DNA of 64,000 nt from contig JAFGWL010000013.1 of assembly GCA_016937175.1 (NCBI GenBank), forward strand, positions 18,821 through 82,820, in the 5' to 3' direction. How positions within the stretch are numbered: position 1 is the first letter of the stretch; each line of letters begins with the position of its first letter. The translations under genes and the position numbers were made by a program. Below the pieces are notes generated by a model that ran no database searches, had not been told where the DNA came from, and worked only from the letters and a program-made list of their open reading frames with translations. This document shows, in pieces, positions 28,360 through 37,931 of this stretch. Source of the stretch: Candidatus Mcinerneyibacteriota bacterium. Its GTDB lineage: Bacteria > Macinerneyibacteriota > Macinerneyibacteria > Macinerneyibacteriales > DSCS01.

Positions 28360-29268
28360 TTACTCCTCCTTTGGCTTATCTATGGAAAAATCGACCATAT
28401 GGACATCTTTCAGATACTCTTTGATCTTATATTTACGTTTCAGGATCTCCAGATTCTGCACGATTTCGGAAATCGCAGACACCGCTTCCTCAATCCGTCC
28501 GATATTCTTTAAGACGGTATCATCTTTTCCGGCAGCTTCGCTCTTTTTCATGAGATAGAGAGCTCCCTTGATCACAGCCAGGGGGTTATTGATCTCATGG
28601 TTCAAACCGACCGTAAACTGGCTGAGCAGGACAAGGTTCTCTGTCTTTTTGAGCTTTTCATGTTCCTCTTCGAACTGCTTTTTGAAATCTTTGTCTGAAT
28701 TCTGCTGCAGAAGGTCGTAAGCGCGTCCCCTATCCAGAGCCGCTGAAGCAAAGAAAGAGAAGAGGGAAGCCAGCTTTACAAAAGGAGCTGCCGTCATGTC
28801 CGGCTTTTTCCCCTGGAGGAGGAGAATATGAGATATCTCACTCCCACTTTTCAAAGCCATGGCCAGCAAGGACACATCCTTAGTGGCCCAGGTGAAATAT
28901 CCTTTGGAGACTAAGGCCTGATGGAATGAATGTTTTGAGACCCGGTCGTCCAGATGGGAAAGACATGCTTCATCGCAGTCTGTGTCTTCGCAGGAGATCA
29001 TGAGAGATGAAGAGGCAGGAAATAGTTCCAGGGCTTTTTTCTCGACAGCGGCACCCGCTTCCCGGTATCCTGATCCTCCGCCCGGAATCAGGTCATAAAG
29101 TGACTGGATCTGGCGAAAAGACTTCCCATAATGGACATTTTCCTGTAAACGGGAGAGAGCGGCAGAGAGAAGTTCTTCATCGCTCATCTCCTCTCTGTAG
29201 GAAATGGAGCTGATGAATCCCTGTTCAGTGAGAAAATCGATCAGCCTGTCTACAGCTCGTCTGCCCAT
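28360..29268 (-). CDS. HisKA (DHp) domain protein lacking HATPase domain
   Basis: H-box GLNHEINNPLAVIKG near the C-terminus; protein ends about 80 aa later with no N/G boxes. Confidence 0.75.
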   Translation of the reverse strand: MGRRAVDRLIDFLTEQGFISSISYREEMSDEELLSAALSRLQENVHYGKSFRQIQSLYDLIPGGGSGYREAGAAVEKKALELFPASSSLMISCEDTDCDEACLSHLDDRVSKHSFHQALVSKGYFTWATKDVSLLAMALKSGSEISHILLLQGKKPDMTAAPFVKLASLFSFFASAALDRGRAYDLLQQNSDKDFKKQFEEEHEKLKKTENLVLLSQFTVGLNHEINNPLAVIKGALYLMKKSEAAGKDDTVLKNIGRIEEAVSAISEIVQNLEILKRKYKIKEYLKDVHMVDFSIDKPKEE

Positions 29269-30476
29269 CAGCGGCCCCTATTGAACAAAAGGACGATCTC
29301 TCCGGCCAGATGTCCGGCAATATCCCTTTTTGACATCCGTTTCAATTCACGGGTCTCTTCCATTGAGACAAAATAGCAATGGTTGAAATCAGAACGGAAT
29401 CCTCCCTCTTTCTGGGTGATATCATTGGCGACGATAAGGGACAATCCCTTCTTTTTTAATTTTTCACGGGCATATTCCACGACATTGTCCGATTCGGCGG
29501 CAAACCCGATAACAGGGACTTGGCTCGTTTTTTTGATCTCAGAGATGATGTCCGGGGTTCTTTTCAATGAAAGGGTCAATCCCCCTTCTCCTTTTTTTAT
29601 CTTTCGGCTCTCCGTCTTCTCAGGAGTGTAGTCGGCGACTGCTGCCGTCATGACCACAAGGTCGGCTCCCTTTTCTTTCAGGCGGCGCAAGACGGCCTCT
29701 TTCATCTCTGAAGCCCCCGTGACTCTTTCCTGGGGTACTGTCAGGCTTGGAACGGCATCCCTACCGCTGATCAGAAGGACATCGGCTCCCAGGCGCCAGC
29801 ACTCTTCGGCCACAGCCAGCCCCATCTTCCCGGAAGAGTGGTTTGTGATATATCGAACCGGGTCGATGGATTCCACAGTGGCTCCCGATGTCACGATGAT
29901 CTTTTTCCCTGAAAGCGCCTTGCCGGAGGTTTCCCTCTCAGTGACAGCAAAGATGACCTCTTCCCTGGGAAGGCGCCCTTTCCCTTCTACTCCGCAGGCC
30001 AGTTCGCCGGCATCAGGCTCTATGATGATAAACCCTCTCTTCTTCAATGTCTCGAGATTATCCCGGGTGGCCGGATTTTCATACATCCGGACATTCATGG
30101 CGGGGCAGATGATCTTTGGAGTCTCTTTTTTCAGGGCAAGGATCGTCGTGGATAGGATGTCATCCGCCAGGCCGGCCGCAGCTTTGGCAATGATATTCCC
30201 CGTAGCGGGAGCGCAGACGAAGACATCGATGGAGTCGGCCAGGGAGATATGTTCCATGGAACCGTAGACGGGAAGGCTTCGTTCAAAGCTGTCGGTGATA
30301 ACCGGATTCCCCGAAAGAGTCTCAAAAGTCAGCGGGGTGATAAACTCCATGGCGTTCTTTGTCATGGCCACGATAACGTTCCAATGAGCTTTCTTAAAGA
30401 GCCGGACAAGAGTGGCGATCTTGTAGGCCGCTATCCCTCCGGTGATGCCGATGAGGACACTTTTCTTCTCATTCAT
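29268..30476 (-). CDS. coaBC: phosphopantothenoylcysteine decarboxylase/ligase
   Basis: GITGGIAAYK, PAMNVRM, LACG...GRL, IDPVRYITNHSSGKMG, AAVADY, GFAAES. Confidence 0.96.
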   Translation of the reverse strand: MNEKKSVLIGITGGIAAYKIATLVRLFKKAHWNVIVAMTKNAMEFITPLTFETLSGNPVITDSFERSLPVYGSMEHISLADSIDVFVCAPATGNIIAKAAAGLADDILSTTILALKKETPKIICPAMNVRMYENPATRDNLETLKKRGFIIIEPDAGELACGVEGKGRLPREEVIFAVTERETSGKALSGKKIIVTSGATVESIDPVRYITNHSSGKMGLAVAEECWRLGADVLLISGRDAVPSLTVPQERVTGASEMKEAVLRRLKEKGADLVVMTAAVADYTPEKTESRKIKKGEGGLTLSLKRTPDIISEIKKTSQVPVIGFAAESDNVVEYAREKLKKKGLSLIVANDITQKEGGFRSDFNHCYFVSMEETRELKRMSKRDIAGHLAGEIVLLFNRGR

Positions 30477-32235
30477 CCCCTTTTCCTCCTTTATACGGAA
30501 CGGGATAATAGAGCATATCTGTAATCCGGGTTCCGTCGCTCAAACGAGCATAGACGGAAATATAGTTCCGCTTCAATCTTGTATTACTATACCTGTAAGG
30601 CAGATGTATTTCAAGTGTTCCCTTGGGAGGGATCTCTTCTCCGTCCAACAAAAAGGGTTTCCAGAGATCCGGGAAGATATCCATAAAGCCGATCAGGGCC
30701 TTTTGGTCAGTATTGTTATGAAGGCTCCAGATGAAGCCCCCCTTTTTTTCTCTCAGGGACGAAGAGACCGGAGCCTTCCCACGCTTCTCGAGGAAACGCT
30801 GCCTTACCGTCCCGGCGGCAAAGAGCCATTCTTCTGAATAGTGAGGTAATATGCGTCCGTTGAAGGTCCTCACCAGGTCATGGAGGAAAAATCCCGCAAG
30901 TTGTCCCCGCTCATAGAGGACTCTGATATTATCCTCATACCGCCGGAGCATCTCTTCAGGCCCCTGACGGGCCGGGTCCGCTGCATCATTGAGGACCACA
31001 TCCACATCCTGGCCGGCCAGGACTTGTAGAGGCCCCGCCTCTTTTAGATAATCCCTCCAACTTTCCATCATCTGGTCATGCTGGAGATAGGTAGCTTCAT
31101 AAAACATCACCATGATGACATCGGCTCCCGCATCGGAGAACATGGCCGGATCCTGGCCGTGTGAATGGCCCTGCTCCCATCCCAGGGTAAAGACAAAAAG
31201 AGGTTTTCTTACAGCTTTGCTCACCCTTCTGATGACCTGGGCTGTCTTGTACGCTCTGAAATAACGCCACTTCTCCCTCAGATCGGGGATGGTACCCAGG
31301 CGGACATGGGACCCGACATATGCGATCTTCTCATCTTCTTCTCCCCCAGGGAGGGTTATCCCGAAGATGTCGGCAAACTCCTGATAATGCTCAAATCCTC
31401 CGGGGCCCATGCGGATATAGTCAAGCCCCACAAAATCGATATCTTCGCTCTCATCCAGTTCCTTCGCCAGCTTGAGAATATCGGCTTCTCTTTGAGAATC
31501 GGTTATTGAGATGAATTTGTTGGTAAAGATCCTCTTTTTGTCATCATCAAAATCCTTCGAAAAGCGATACTGCTTCAGTTTTCTGTTTCCGTTCCCGAAA
31601 GAGAGATAACTTCCGATGTAACCCCCTTTGTAGGAGGCCTGGCGATGACGGGCAAATCCCCGCCATGTCTTCAACGGCCCCGGGATCCAGGGATTTCCTT
31701 CATCGACACTTTTCAGGGACGAATTCGTCTGTCCGATCATGAAATAGAGCGTGTTGAACCCCGTCCTCTCTATCCAGCGGTCGATATGTTCAGCAGAAAA
31801 GGAAGGCTCTCTGAGAAAGTCAGCTTCCAAATGATCGTAGCGCCCTCCGTTCTCCACAGTCCACATGAAGAGAGGTTCAGGCAAAGGCTGCAGAGGGCGT
31901 CTCGTAACCAGAAAGTGATATTTCCGGTGCTCATCACCGTCGAGAAGCACCGTATAGACTCCCCGGGGAGCATTGAACCCTAAAGGGATATAAGCCCTTT
32001 TCAGTCCCTCCTTATCACCTTTGCAGGGAGCCAGCGGGATAGTGGAAGAGCCTTCGAAAGGGTCAAAGGGTCTCCCGTTATATGAAACGGTGATGAAAGT
32101 GCCTGTATCGGTGAAAAAAAGAGGGATCTCATCCCGTGTATAATAAGGCCGGTCGAAAAAAGCAGCGTGACTCAGGCTCCAAAGGGAAAAGAGAAGTATC
32201 CCGAGCGAGAAGATCTTATGTAAAAGGTTTTTCAC
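30469..32235 (-). CDS. secreted putative glycoside hydrolase (GHL10/DUF187-like TIM barrel)
   Basis: Signal peptide; DFVGLDYIR, WRYFR, GQD...DAGADVIMVMFY resemble GHL10 motifs. Confidence 0.5.
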   Translation of the reverse strand: MKNLLHKIFSLGILLFSLWSLSHAAFFDRPYYTRDEIPLFFTDTGTFITVSYNGRPFDPFEGSSTIPLAPCKGDKEGLKRAYIPLGFNAPRGVYTVLLDGDEHRKYHFLVTRRPLQPLPEPLFMWTVENGGRYDHLEADFLREPSFSAEHIDRWIERTGFNTLYFMIGQTNSSLKSVDEGNPWIPGPLKTWRGFARHRQASYKGGYIGSYLSFGNGNRKLKQYRFSKDFDDDKKRIFTNKFISITDSQREADILKLAKELDESEDIDFVGLDYIRMGPGGFEHYQEFADIFGITLPGGEEDEKIAYVGSHVRLGTIPDLREKWRYFRAYKTAQVIRRVSKAVRKPLFVFTLGWEQGHSHGQDPAMFSDAGADVIMVMFYEATYLQHDQMMESWRDYLKEAGPLQVLAGQDVDVVLNDAADPARQGPEEMLRRYEDNIRVLYERGQLAGFFLHDLVRTFNGRILPHYSEEWLFAAGTVRQRFLEKRGKAPVSSSLREKKGGFIWSLHNNTDQKALIGFMDIFPDLWKPFLLDGEEIPPKGTLEIHLPYRYSNTRLKRNYISVYARLSDGTRITDMLYYPVPYKGGKGDE

Positions 32236-32458
32236 GGCTGTCTGTCATTTCGTTGATCTTACCCTCTTCAGGTGACGAAAGGTACAGGCTCTGCCGGACC
32301 TGGGCAAACTCCTGTTCCAATGCGGACAGGTCCTGGCCGATATTAGCTACATCTTTTTCGATCATATTGATATCACGAATCAGATACTCCAGCCTTTCCT
32401 GGAACATCCCTTTCGCTTTTTCAATTCTTTTTTTGAGATCTTCTTTCATGGACTTCAT
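32216..32458 (-). CDS. small coiled-coil protein
   Basis: 80 aa heptad-rich; similar to the 57-aa protein at 28185-28358. Confidence 0.75.
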   Translation of the reverse strand: MKSMKEDLKKRIEKAKGMFQERLEYLIRDINMIEKDVANIGQDLSALEQEFAQVRQSLYLSSPEEGKINEMTDSREKPFT

Positions 32459-32465
32459 CCCCCTT

Positions 32466-33143
32466 TTATATCAAGGATTGCAGGACTTTGCCGAGGGCTT
32501 TTCCTCTCAGCCTTTCAACGTTGATTATCATATCATAGAGCTCCGGGGAGTCAACCTTCTTTCCGTAAAAGTAATCGATGTAGTCTCTCCGCTTTTTATC
32601 GATCTTTTTGATCCTGTCTTCCGCCTCATTTTCCGGGATCCCCTCCTTTTCAACCACTTTCTTCACGCGATACTCGAGGGACGCGTCAAAACGCAAATGG
32701 ATCACATCGGGGTAAGGTTGCAGTATGATCTGGGAACCTCGTCCGATGATGATGACATCACCTTTACGATAGAGGTCTTCGATGACTTTTTTCATGAGAT
32801 CAGTATAGGATTTCCTGTTTTCGATCTTCTTCTCCTCTTCCTTTCCGTGAAGAGTGGGGAAAAAGAGAGGAAAATAGACCGGGGCATCGATCTGAGAGCC
32901 GGTGACCATAAGGGAAGAGGAGTCGGCCATGGACTGGAGCATTTCTGCGATGAAGATCTTGAAGGAATTAAAAGAATCCATGGAATAGAGGTCTTCTATT
33001 TTGTCCAGGGGCTGCTGAACCGACTTGGCGACTTCCATAAGAAGCTCATGGGAAAAAATATCCAAATTGTTCTTTTCGGCAAATTCCTGAATCATCTCCT
33101 CAACATCCAGCCCGTAAGTACGTGAAACGGTAAAGACAGCCAT
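32466..33143 (-). CDS. cytidylate kinase-like family protein
   Basis: FTVSRTYG, VIIIGRGSQIIL, DKKRRDYIDYFYG, YDMIIN; start set at ATG 33143 (SD AAGGAGG). Confidence 0.85.
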   Translation of the reverse strand: MAVFTVSRTYGLDVEEMIQEFAEKNNLDIFSHELLMEVAKSVQQPLDKIEDLYSMDSFNSFKIFIAEMLQSMADSSSLMVTGSQIDAPVYFPLFFPTLHGKEEEKKIENRKSYTDLMKKVIEDLYRKGDVIIIGRGSQIILQPYPDVIHLRFDASLEYRVKKVVEKEGIPENEAEDRIKKIDKKRRDYIDYFYGKKVDSPELYDMIINVERLRGKALGKVLQSLI

Positions 33144-33156
33144 GGGTTCAACCTCC

Positions 33157-34152
33157 TTAGTGATGACGTCCGGCCAGCTGCCCGCAGGCCGCGTCGATAT
33201 CATTTCCTTTGCTTTCCCGCACCGTGGCCACAAGGCCTTCAGCCTGAAGGATCCCGGAAAACGCTTGAACGGCCTCAGTTCCGGGCCGCTCATAATCGGC
33301 ATATGGGTGTGCATTATAGGGGATCAGGTTGACCTTGGCGTTCAGCATCCGCGCAAGGGAAGCCGTTGCCCTGGCCAGTTCCGGTGCATCGTTGACACCC
33401 TTGAGAAGGATATATTCCAGCGTCAAAGACCCGCCTGTACGTCGTCCGTATTCTTTCATGGCCGCCATGACCTCGTTTATGGGATAGCGTCTGTTCACAG
33501 GGATCAGAGTAGAGCGCAAATCGTCTGTCGGCGCATGAAGCGACCAGGAAAGGCCGTATTGACGGTTTTCGTCCGCCAAAGCCCTGATCCCGTCGGGGAT
33601 ACCCACTGTGGAAATGGTAATCCGGCGGGCGCCGAAATTCATCTTGTCGGGATGGTTTAGAAGACGAAGAGCCTTGATCAGCTGGGAAAGATTATCCAGG
33701 GGCTCTCCCATCCCCATAAAGACAATATTTGTCAGCGGGGAATCATTGAGGATCTGGCCCATGATCTCGCCTGCGGTCAGATCCCTTGTCAGGCCCCTGG
33801 TCCCCGTGGCACAGAAGCGGCACTTGTTCCGGCAGCCCACCTGTGTGGAGACACACAGGGTCTTGCGGTCCTCGTAACCCATCAGGACCGATTCCACAAA
33901 AAGGCCGTCTGCTGTCTCGTAGAGAGTCTTGGCCGTGGATCCGTCCCCTGATCTCTGCCTGTCCGCAACCTTCAGAGGGATAATATCCCAACCGCCGGCA
34001 AGTCTTTCCCGGAGCGGGAGGGGAAGGTTTGTCATCTTTAAAAAATCATAGAGATATTTCTGGAATATCCACTCATCTGCCTGTTTCAGGCGGTATCGTT
34101 GTTCGACAGCCTCCAAAAAGGCTTCTTCTTCATCGAAATAGGATCTATTCAT
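33157..34152 (-). CDS. rlmN: 23S rRNA/tRNA m2A methyltransferase (radical SAM)
   Basis: CVSTQVGCRNKCRFCATG, VFMGMGEPL, SLHAP, IDAACGQL. Confidence 0.95.
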   Translation of the reverse strand: MNRSYFDEEEAFLEAVEQRYRLKQADEWIFQKYLYDFLKMTNLPLPLRERLAGGWDIIPLKVADRQRSGDGSTAKTLYETADGLFVESVLMGYEDRKTLCVSTQVGCRNKCRFCATGTRGLTRDLTAGEIMGQILNDSPLTNIVFMGMGEPLDNLSQLIKALRLLNHPDKMNFGARRITISTVGIPDGIRALADENRQYGLSWSLHAPTDDLRSTLIPVNRRYPINEVMAAMKEYGRRTGGSLTLEYILLKGVNDAPELARATASLARMLNAKVNLIPYNAHPYADYERPGTEAVQAFSGILQAEGLVATVRESKGNDIDAACGQLAGRHH

Positions 34153-35791
34153 AAGCCTTTTTCATTTTTTCGATCTCTTTGTCCAGTTTGCTCAAAACAT
34201 CTTCCCGGCTTTCTCCCGAATAGGCCAGAGCCCCTACCAGGAGGTTCACCCGGTGGTAATTCCCCGACTCTTCGCTCAGCATGGTGTTTTCAAACTTCTC
34301 TAAGATCCGTTCGGCTACGATCCTCAGGTTCTCTTCGGGGGTGTCTTCCAGAAGGACGATGAAATCGTCCTCTCCGAAGCGGAAGATCATATCGGTGGGG
34401 CGGAGGGTCTGTTCCAGGATGGCAGTCACCTTTCTCAGGATCTCGTCACCGGTCAGATTCCCGAAAAGGGAGACGATCTTGCTGAAATCCTCTACCTGTA
34501 TCATCAGGGCTGAGAACATCCTTTTTTTACGCTTATAACGGCTGATGAAGCTGTCCAGGGTATCGTTTAGGTAATTCCGATTATAGGCTCCGGTGAGAAA
34601 GTCTGTGATGGAGAGCATCTTGAGGTTCTGGCTCTGGTTGAAGATATACTCCCCTGTCTCCTTCATCTTCACCTGGTTATTGATGCGCTTGATCAGCTCT
34701 TCGGGGAAGAAGGGCGTCTTGATGAAATCATCGGCAAACTCCTGGAGGCCGTAGAGCAGCTCTTCCATATCGCCGGGGCCGGCTATGAGCACGATGGGGA
34801 TCCACTGCCCCTTCTCACGGGAAAGAGCATACCTCTGGAGCATGGGGAATGAATGAGTGCTGGTTCCGATATCGCACAGGATCACATCGATATTTCCCTC
34901 ATTGATGATGTTCTCCGCTTCAGTGCACTGAGATGTATTCAACACATGATACCCCTCTTTTTGAAGGATATAATTGACTGTATGGATCATAATGGGAAAA
35001 TTTGAGAAGTGGAGAGCTGATTTATACTTCTTTTCGCTGATTTTTGTCACGATCTCAGTGATAAACCAGAGAAAGGCGCTGCTTTTCTCATCTTCCACAT
35101 AAAAGTCCACAATACCTGCCATAAGGCTTTTACGCTTCAATTCAGCTGAAAGGGCTTTTGTCAGGAGAATGATGGGTATATGACTTGTCAGGCGGTTGGA
35201 TTTCAAGGCCCGGCTCACTTCAAAGCAGTCTTTGTCCGTGAGGCTGTCGCTGAGTACGATATAGTCGGGGTTATTCTCTTCGGCCAGCATGACCCCTTTC
35301 AGGCCTTCCGATGTCTCCCATGCTGTGAAATTGCCGCCACGGAGTTCAAAAAGGTGTCTTTCACGACGGAGGGGGTTTTCGTCGATGAGAAGAATGGAAG
35401 CGGGCTTGGGTTCACTCCAGAGAAGGTCGAAGACCTTGATATGTTTCATGAGCTCGCTCTCTTTGATCTTTTCAGGGAGAAAAATATTGATCCCCGACTC
35501 CCTTGCTTTTTTAAGAAGGTCCCTGCTGATAGATGGAGCCAGCCCCATGATGGGAGCCCTTACGTGAAGGTCATGGCGCAGAAAACGGGCTATCTCAGTG
35601 GTATCTGTCCCGTCTTTCAAAGGCCCGCCGATGATAACCAGATCCAGGCTTTCGCGGTATTCCTTTATAAAGGAACCCGCCTCTTCCATGGTATCGAACC
35701 CCGAGACAAAAAGGTCATGGCGCAAAAGGATATTTGAGAGTGCTTTGACAAAGTACTCATTTTCATGAATACACAAAATATTCTTTATCAT
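34145..35791 (-). CDS. triple receiver-like + degenerate GGDEF protein
   Basis: Three REC-fold repeats; TDFLTGAYNR; active site FGEDDF; RPTD I-site. Confidence 0.82.
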   Translation of the reverse strand: MIKNILCIHENEYFVKALSNILLRHDLFVSGFDTMEEAGSFIKEYRESLDLVIIGGPLKDGTDTTEIARFLRHDLHVRAPIMGLAPSISRDLLKKARESGINIFLPEKIKESELMKHIKVFDLLWSEPKPASILLIDENPLRRERHLFELRGGNFTAWETSEGLKGVMLAEENNPDYIVLSDSLTDKDCFEVSRALKSNRLTSHIPIILLTKALSAELKRKSLMAGIVDFYVEDEKSSAFLWFITEIVTKISEKKYKSALHFSNFPIMIHTVNYILQKEGYHVLNTSQCTEAENIINEGNIDVILCDIGTSTHSFPMLQRYALSREKGQWIPIVLIAGPGDMEELLYGLQEFADDFIKTPFFPEELIKRINNQVKMKETGEYIFNQSQNLKMLSITDFLTGAYNRNYLNDTLDSFISRYKRKKRMFSALMIQVEDFSKIVSLFGNLTGDEILRKVTAILEQTLRPTDMIFRFGEDDFIVLLEDTPEENLRIVAERILEKFENTMLSEESGNYHRVNLLVGALAYSGESREDVLSKLDKEIEKMKKAYE

Positions 35792-35810
35792 ACTTCCCCC
35801 TTTATCTCAT

Positions 35811-35839
35811 AGTATACTCTTTTTTTGTGAACAATTCAA
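35811..35839 (-). promoter_or_regulatory. sigma70-type promoter
   Basis: TTGAAT-N17-TATACT upstream of the REC-GGDEF gene. Confidence 0.6.
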
Positions 35840-35842
35840 TAT

Positions 35843-36646
35843 TTAGATGGTAATGTCGATCTCCACGGACCGGGAAGATTCGTTCTTATTCATTTTTTTC
35901 CGTATCTCGTCGTAGTATTTCCCATTCTTCAGGTAAATGGTCTGATACCGGACAAAGAGCTCCGGCTCATAGATCTTCAGCAATTCAAAGAGATTCTTTT
36001 TGACGATGTTGGCTTTCCAGTTGGGGCTGGCGATACGGAAAAAGGAGACATCATCGTTAAAAAGGTCAATCAGACGGAAAAGAGGTGTGATCTCAGGAAG
36101 AAACGGGTCTATGTTGAGAAAAGTCGTGATTCCGCTGTCTCCCAGAGCATAGAGAGTCTCCACCCTCTCATCCGACGAAGGAAGCTTTCCTTCGATGAGC
36201 TTTACGTGGAAGTCGTTTGTCGTGGTCAGGGAAATGCCCACATGGACATTGTTCATATTTTTCAGGACATCCAGGTCGCGAAGGACAAGGTCTGAATGGG
36301 TGATCAAACGGACATGACAGTCGATATCAGACAAACGCTCCAGCAATCCCCGGGTGATCTTGTACTTCTTTTCAGCAGGCTGATAAGGGTCTCCCAGAGA
36401 AGAGAGATAGACCTTTTTCCCGGCCCACCGGCTTGCGTTCTTCTCCACCGAGTCCAGAATATCTTTCCGGACTTCAACGATCTCTCCCCATTTGTAGCCC
36501 GGATAGGCTGTCTTGGTCGGGATCTGGGCAGAACAGTGGGAACAGCCGTATTGACATCCCTTGTAGGGATTGACCACAGTGTATGGCTCCCCCTGGAAGA
36601 GGGCTCTGGTAAAGGGCGTGACACCTGAGGTTTCGACAAACTTCAT
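35843..36646 (-). CDS. radical SAM protein (SPL/Rv2578c-like)
   Basis: NPYKGCQYGCSHC CxxxCxxC, DPYQPAE, LVLRDLDVL. Confidence 0.85.
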   Translation of the reverse strand: MKFVETSGVTPFTRALFQGEPYTVVNPYKGCQYGCSHCSAQIPTKTAYPGYKWGEIVEVRKDILDSVEKNASRWAGKKVYLSSLGDPYQPAEKKYKITRGLLERLSDIDCHVRLITHSDLVLRDLDVLKNMNNVHVGISLTTTNDFHVKLIEGKLPSSDERVETLYALGDSGITTFLNIDPFLPEITPLFRLIDLFNDDVSFFRIASPNWKANIVKKNLFELLKIYEPELFVRYQTIYLKNGKYYDEIRKKMNKNESSRSVEIDITI

Positions 36647-37407
36647 TATTTGATCCTCAGATTGGAGTTCGGTAAGCGGGCGATATGTTTCCCCTCGATA
36701 AAGACGATATCAGGATCATTGAGATCGAGGGCGATCTCCTCTGTATTGTCTTCAGTTTCGATGGTAAAGACCCACATATGAGCTTCGGCGCCATGGGCGA
36801 ATTCTTTGACTTCATGGACAGGGTCTTTCCCATTCCCTTTGTATTTACGAAAGGAGACCACCGGATAGATGACCACGGGGTCGACATCCAGATGCTGGGG
36901 AAGCCAGTAGATAAACTGAAGGCCTACGATATTCTCGATCTCCACAGGCTCATCCTCTTCATCAGGGTCCTGAGGATCCTCCATCTGGGGGATCTTGACC
37001 TTAAAGGCGATCTCAGCCTCCCCCTTCTCTCCTGTCAGGTAGTTATGGATCCTCTGCTCCATGACATGCTCATAGATCGTTCCGGACAATTCCAATAACT
37101 CTCCTTCATCACCGCTTATTTTAAATGTATCTCCATTGAGGATTATATCAAGTCTCTCACGCCCCTTTTTCATAATTTTTTTCAGGTCTACCCAGTCCTT
37201 ACGGCCGATATATCCATAATCCATAAGTGACCTGAAAAACAAGGTGAGGGCCTTCTTCAGCTCTTCTTCATCGTCGCACTGATGATCAAGGGCTGTGTAC
37301 TGATAGAGCCATTTGACAGCCATGGAGAGTGTTTCGAGGCGTTCTTTGGGAGTGTAGACATTTTTGCGCAGCAGTATGCGCAGAAGGCCATCTTTAAAGT
37401 GTTTCAT
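36646..37407 (-). CDS. hypothetical protein
   Basis: 253-aa ORF coupled to purE and the radical SAM gene; no recognised motif. Confidence 0.7.
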   Translation of the reverse strand: MKHFKDGLLRILLRKNVYTPKERLETLSMAVKWLYQYTALDHQCDDEEELKKALTLFFRSLMDYGYIGRKDWVDLKKIMKKGRERLDIILNGDTFKISGDEGELLELSGTIYEHVMEQRIHNYLTGEKGEAEIAFKVKIPQMEDPQDPDEEDEPVEIENIVGLQFIYWLPQHLDVDPVVIYPVVSFRKYKGNGKDPVHEVKEFAHGAEAHMWVFTIETEDNTEEIALDLNDPDIVFIEGKHIARLPNSNLRIK

Positions 37408-37409
37408 TT

Positions 37410-37931
37410 CTATCCTTTGAGGTAATTTTTGTATCCTTCTTTTTGGAGTCTCTCATTTTTGGCCAGGACATCATCGCGCATCTTCCTCTGATAATCCTCC
37501 ATCTTGCCCCTGAGTTCTTTGTCAGAGACAGAAAGAATACGTACAGCCAGGAGAGCGGCGTTTTTGGCTCCGGTATCTCCGATGGCCACAGTGGCCACGG
37601 GTATTCCCGACGGCATCTGGACTATGGAGTAGAGGGAATCCACGCCTCCCAGGTCTGAAGTCTTCATGGGAATGCCGATGACAGGAAGAGTCGTCTTGGA
37701 AGCCAGGACGCCGGGAAGATGAGCCGCTTTCCCTGCTCCTGCTATGATCACCCGGACTCCCCTCTCCACGGCTGTGGCGACCCGTTCCAGGGCCTCTTCT
37801 GTGGTACGATGAGCCGAAAGGATATACATATTATAAGAGATCCCGAAATCATCCAGGACCTCGGCGCATTTGGCCATACTTTTCAGGTCGGAATCACTAC
37901 CCATGAATATTTCAACATCACATTTCTTCAT
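37410..37931 (-). CDS. purE: N5-CAIR mutase
   Basis: MGSDSD, SAHRT, AGAGKAAHLPG, SIVQMPSGIPVATVAI; start at ATG 37931. Confidence 0.96.
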   Translation of the reverse strand: MKKCDVEIFMGSDSDLKSMAKCAEVLDDFGISYNMYILSAHRTTEEALERVATAVERGVRVIIAGAGKAAHLPGVLASKTTLPVIGIPMKTSDLGGVDSLYSIVQMPSGIPVATVAIGDTGAKNAALLAVRILSVSDKELRGKMEDYQRKMRDDVLAKNERLQKEGYKNYLKG

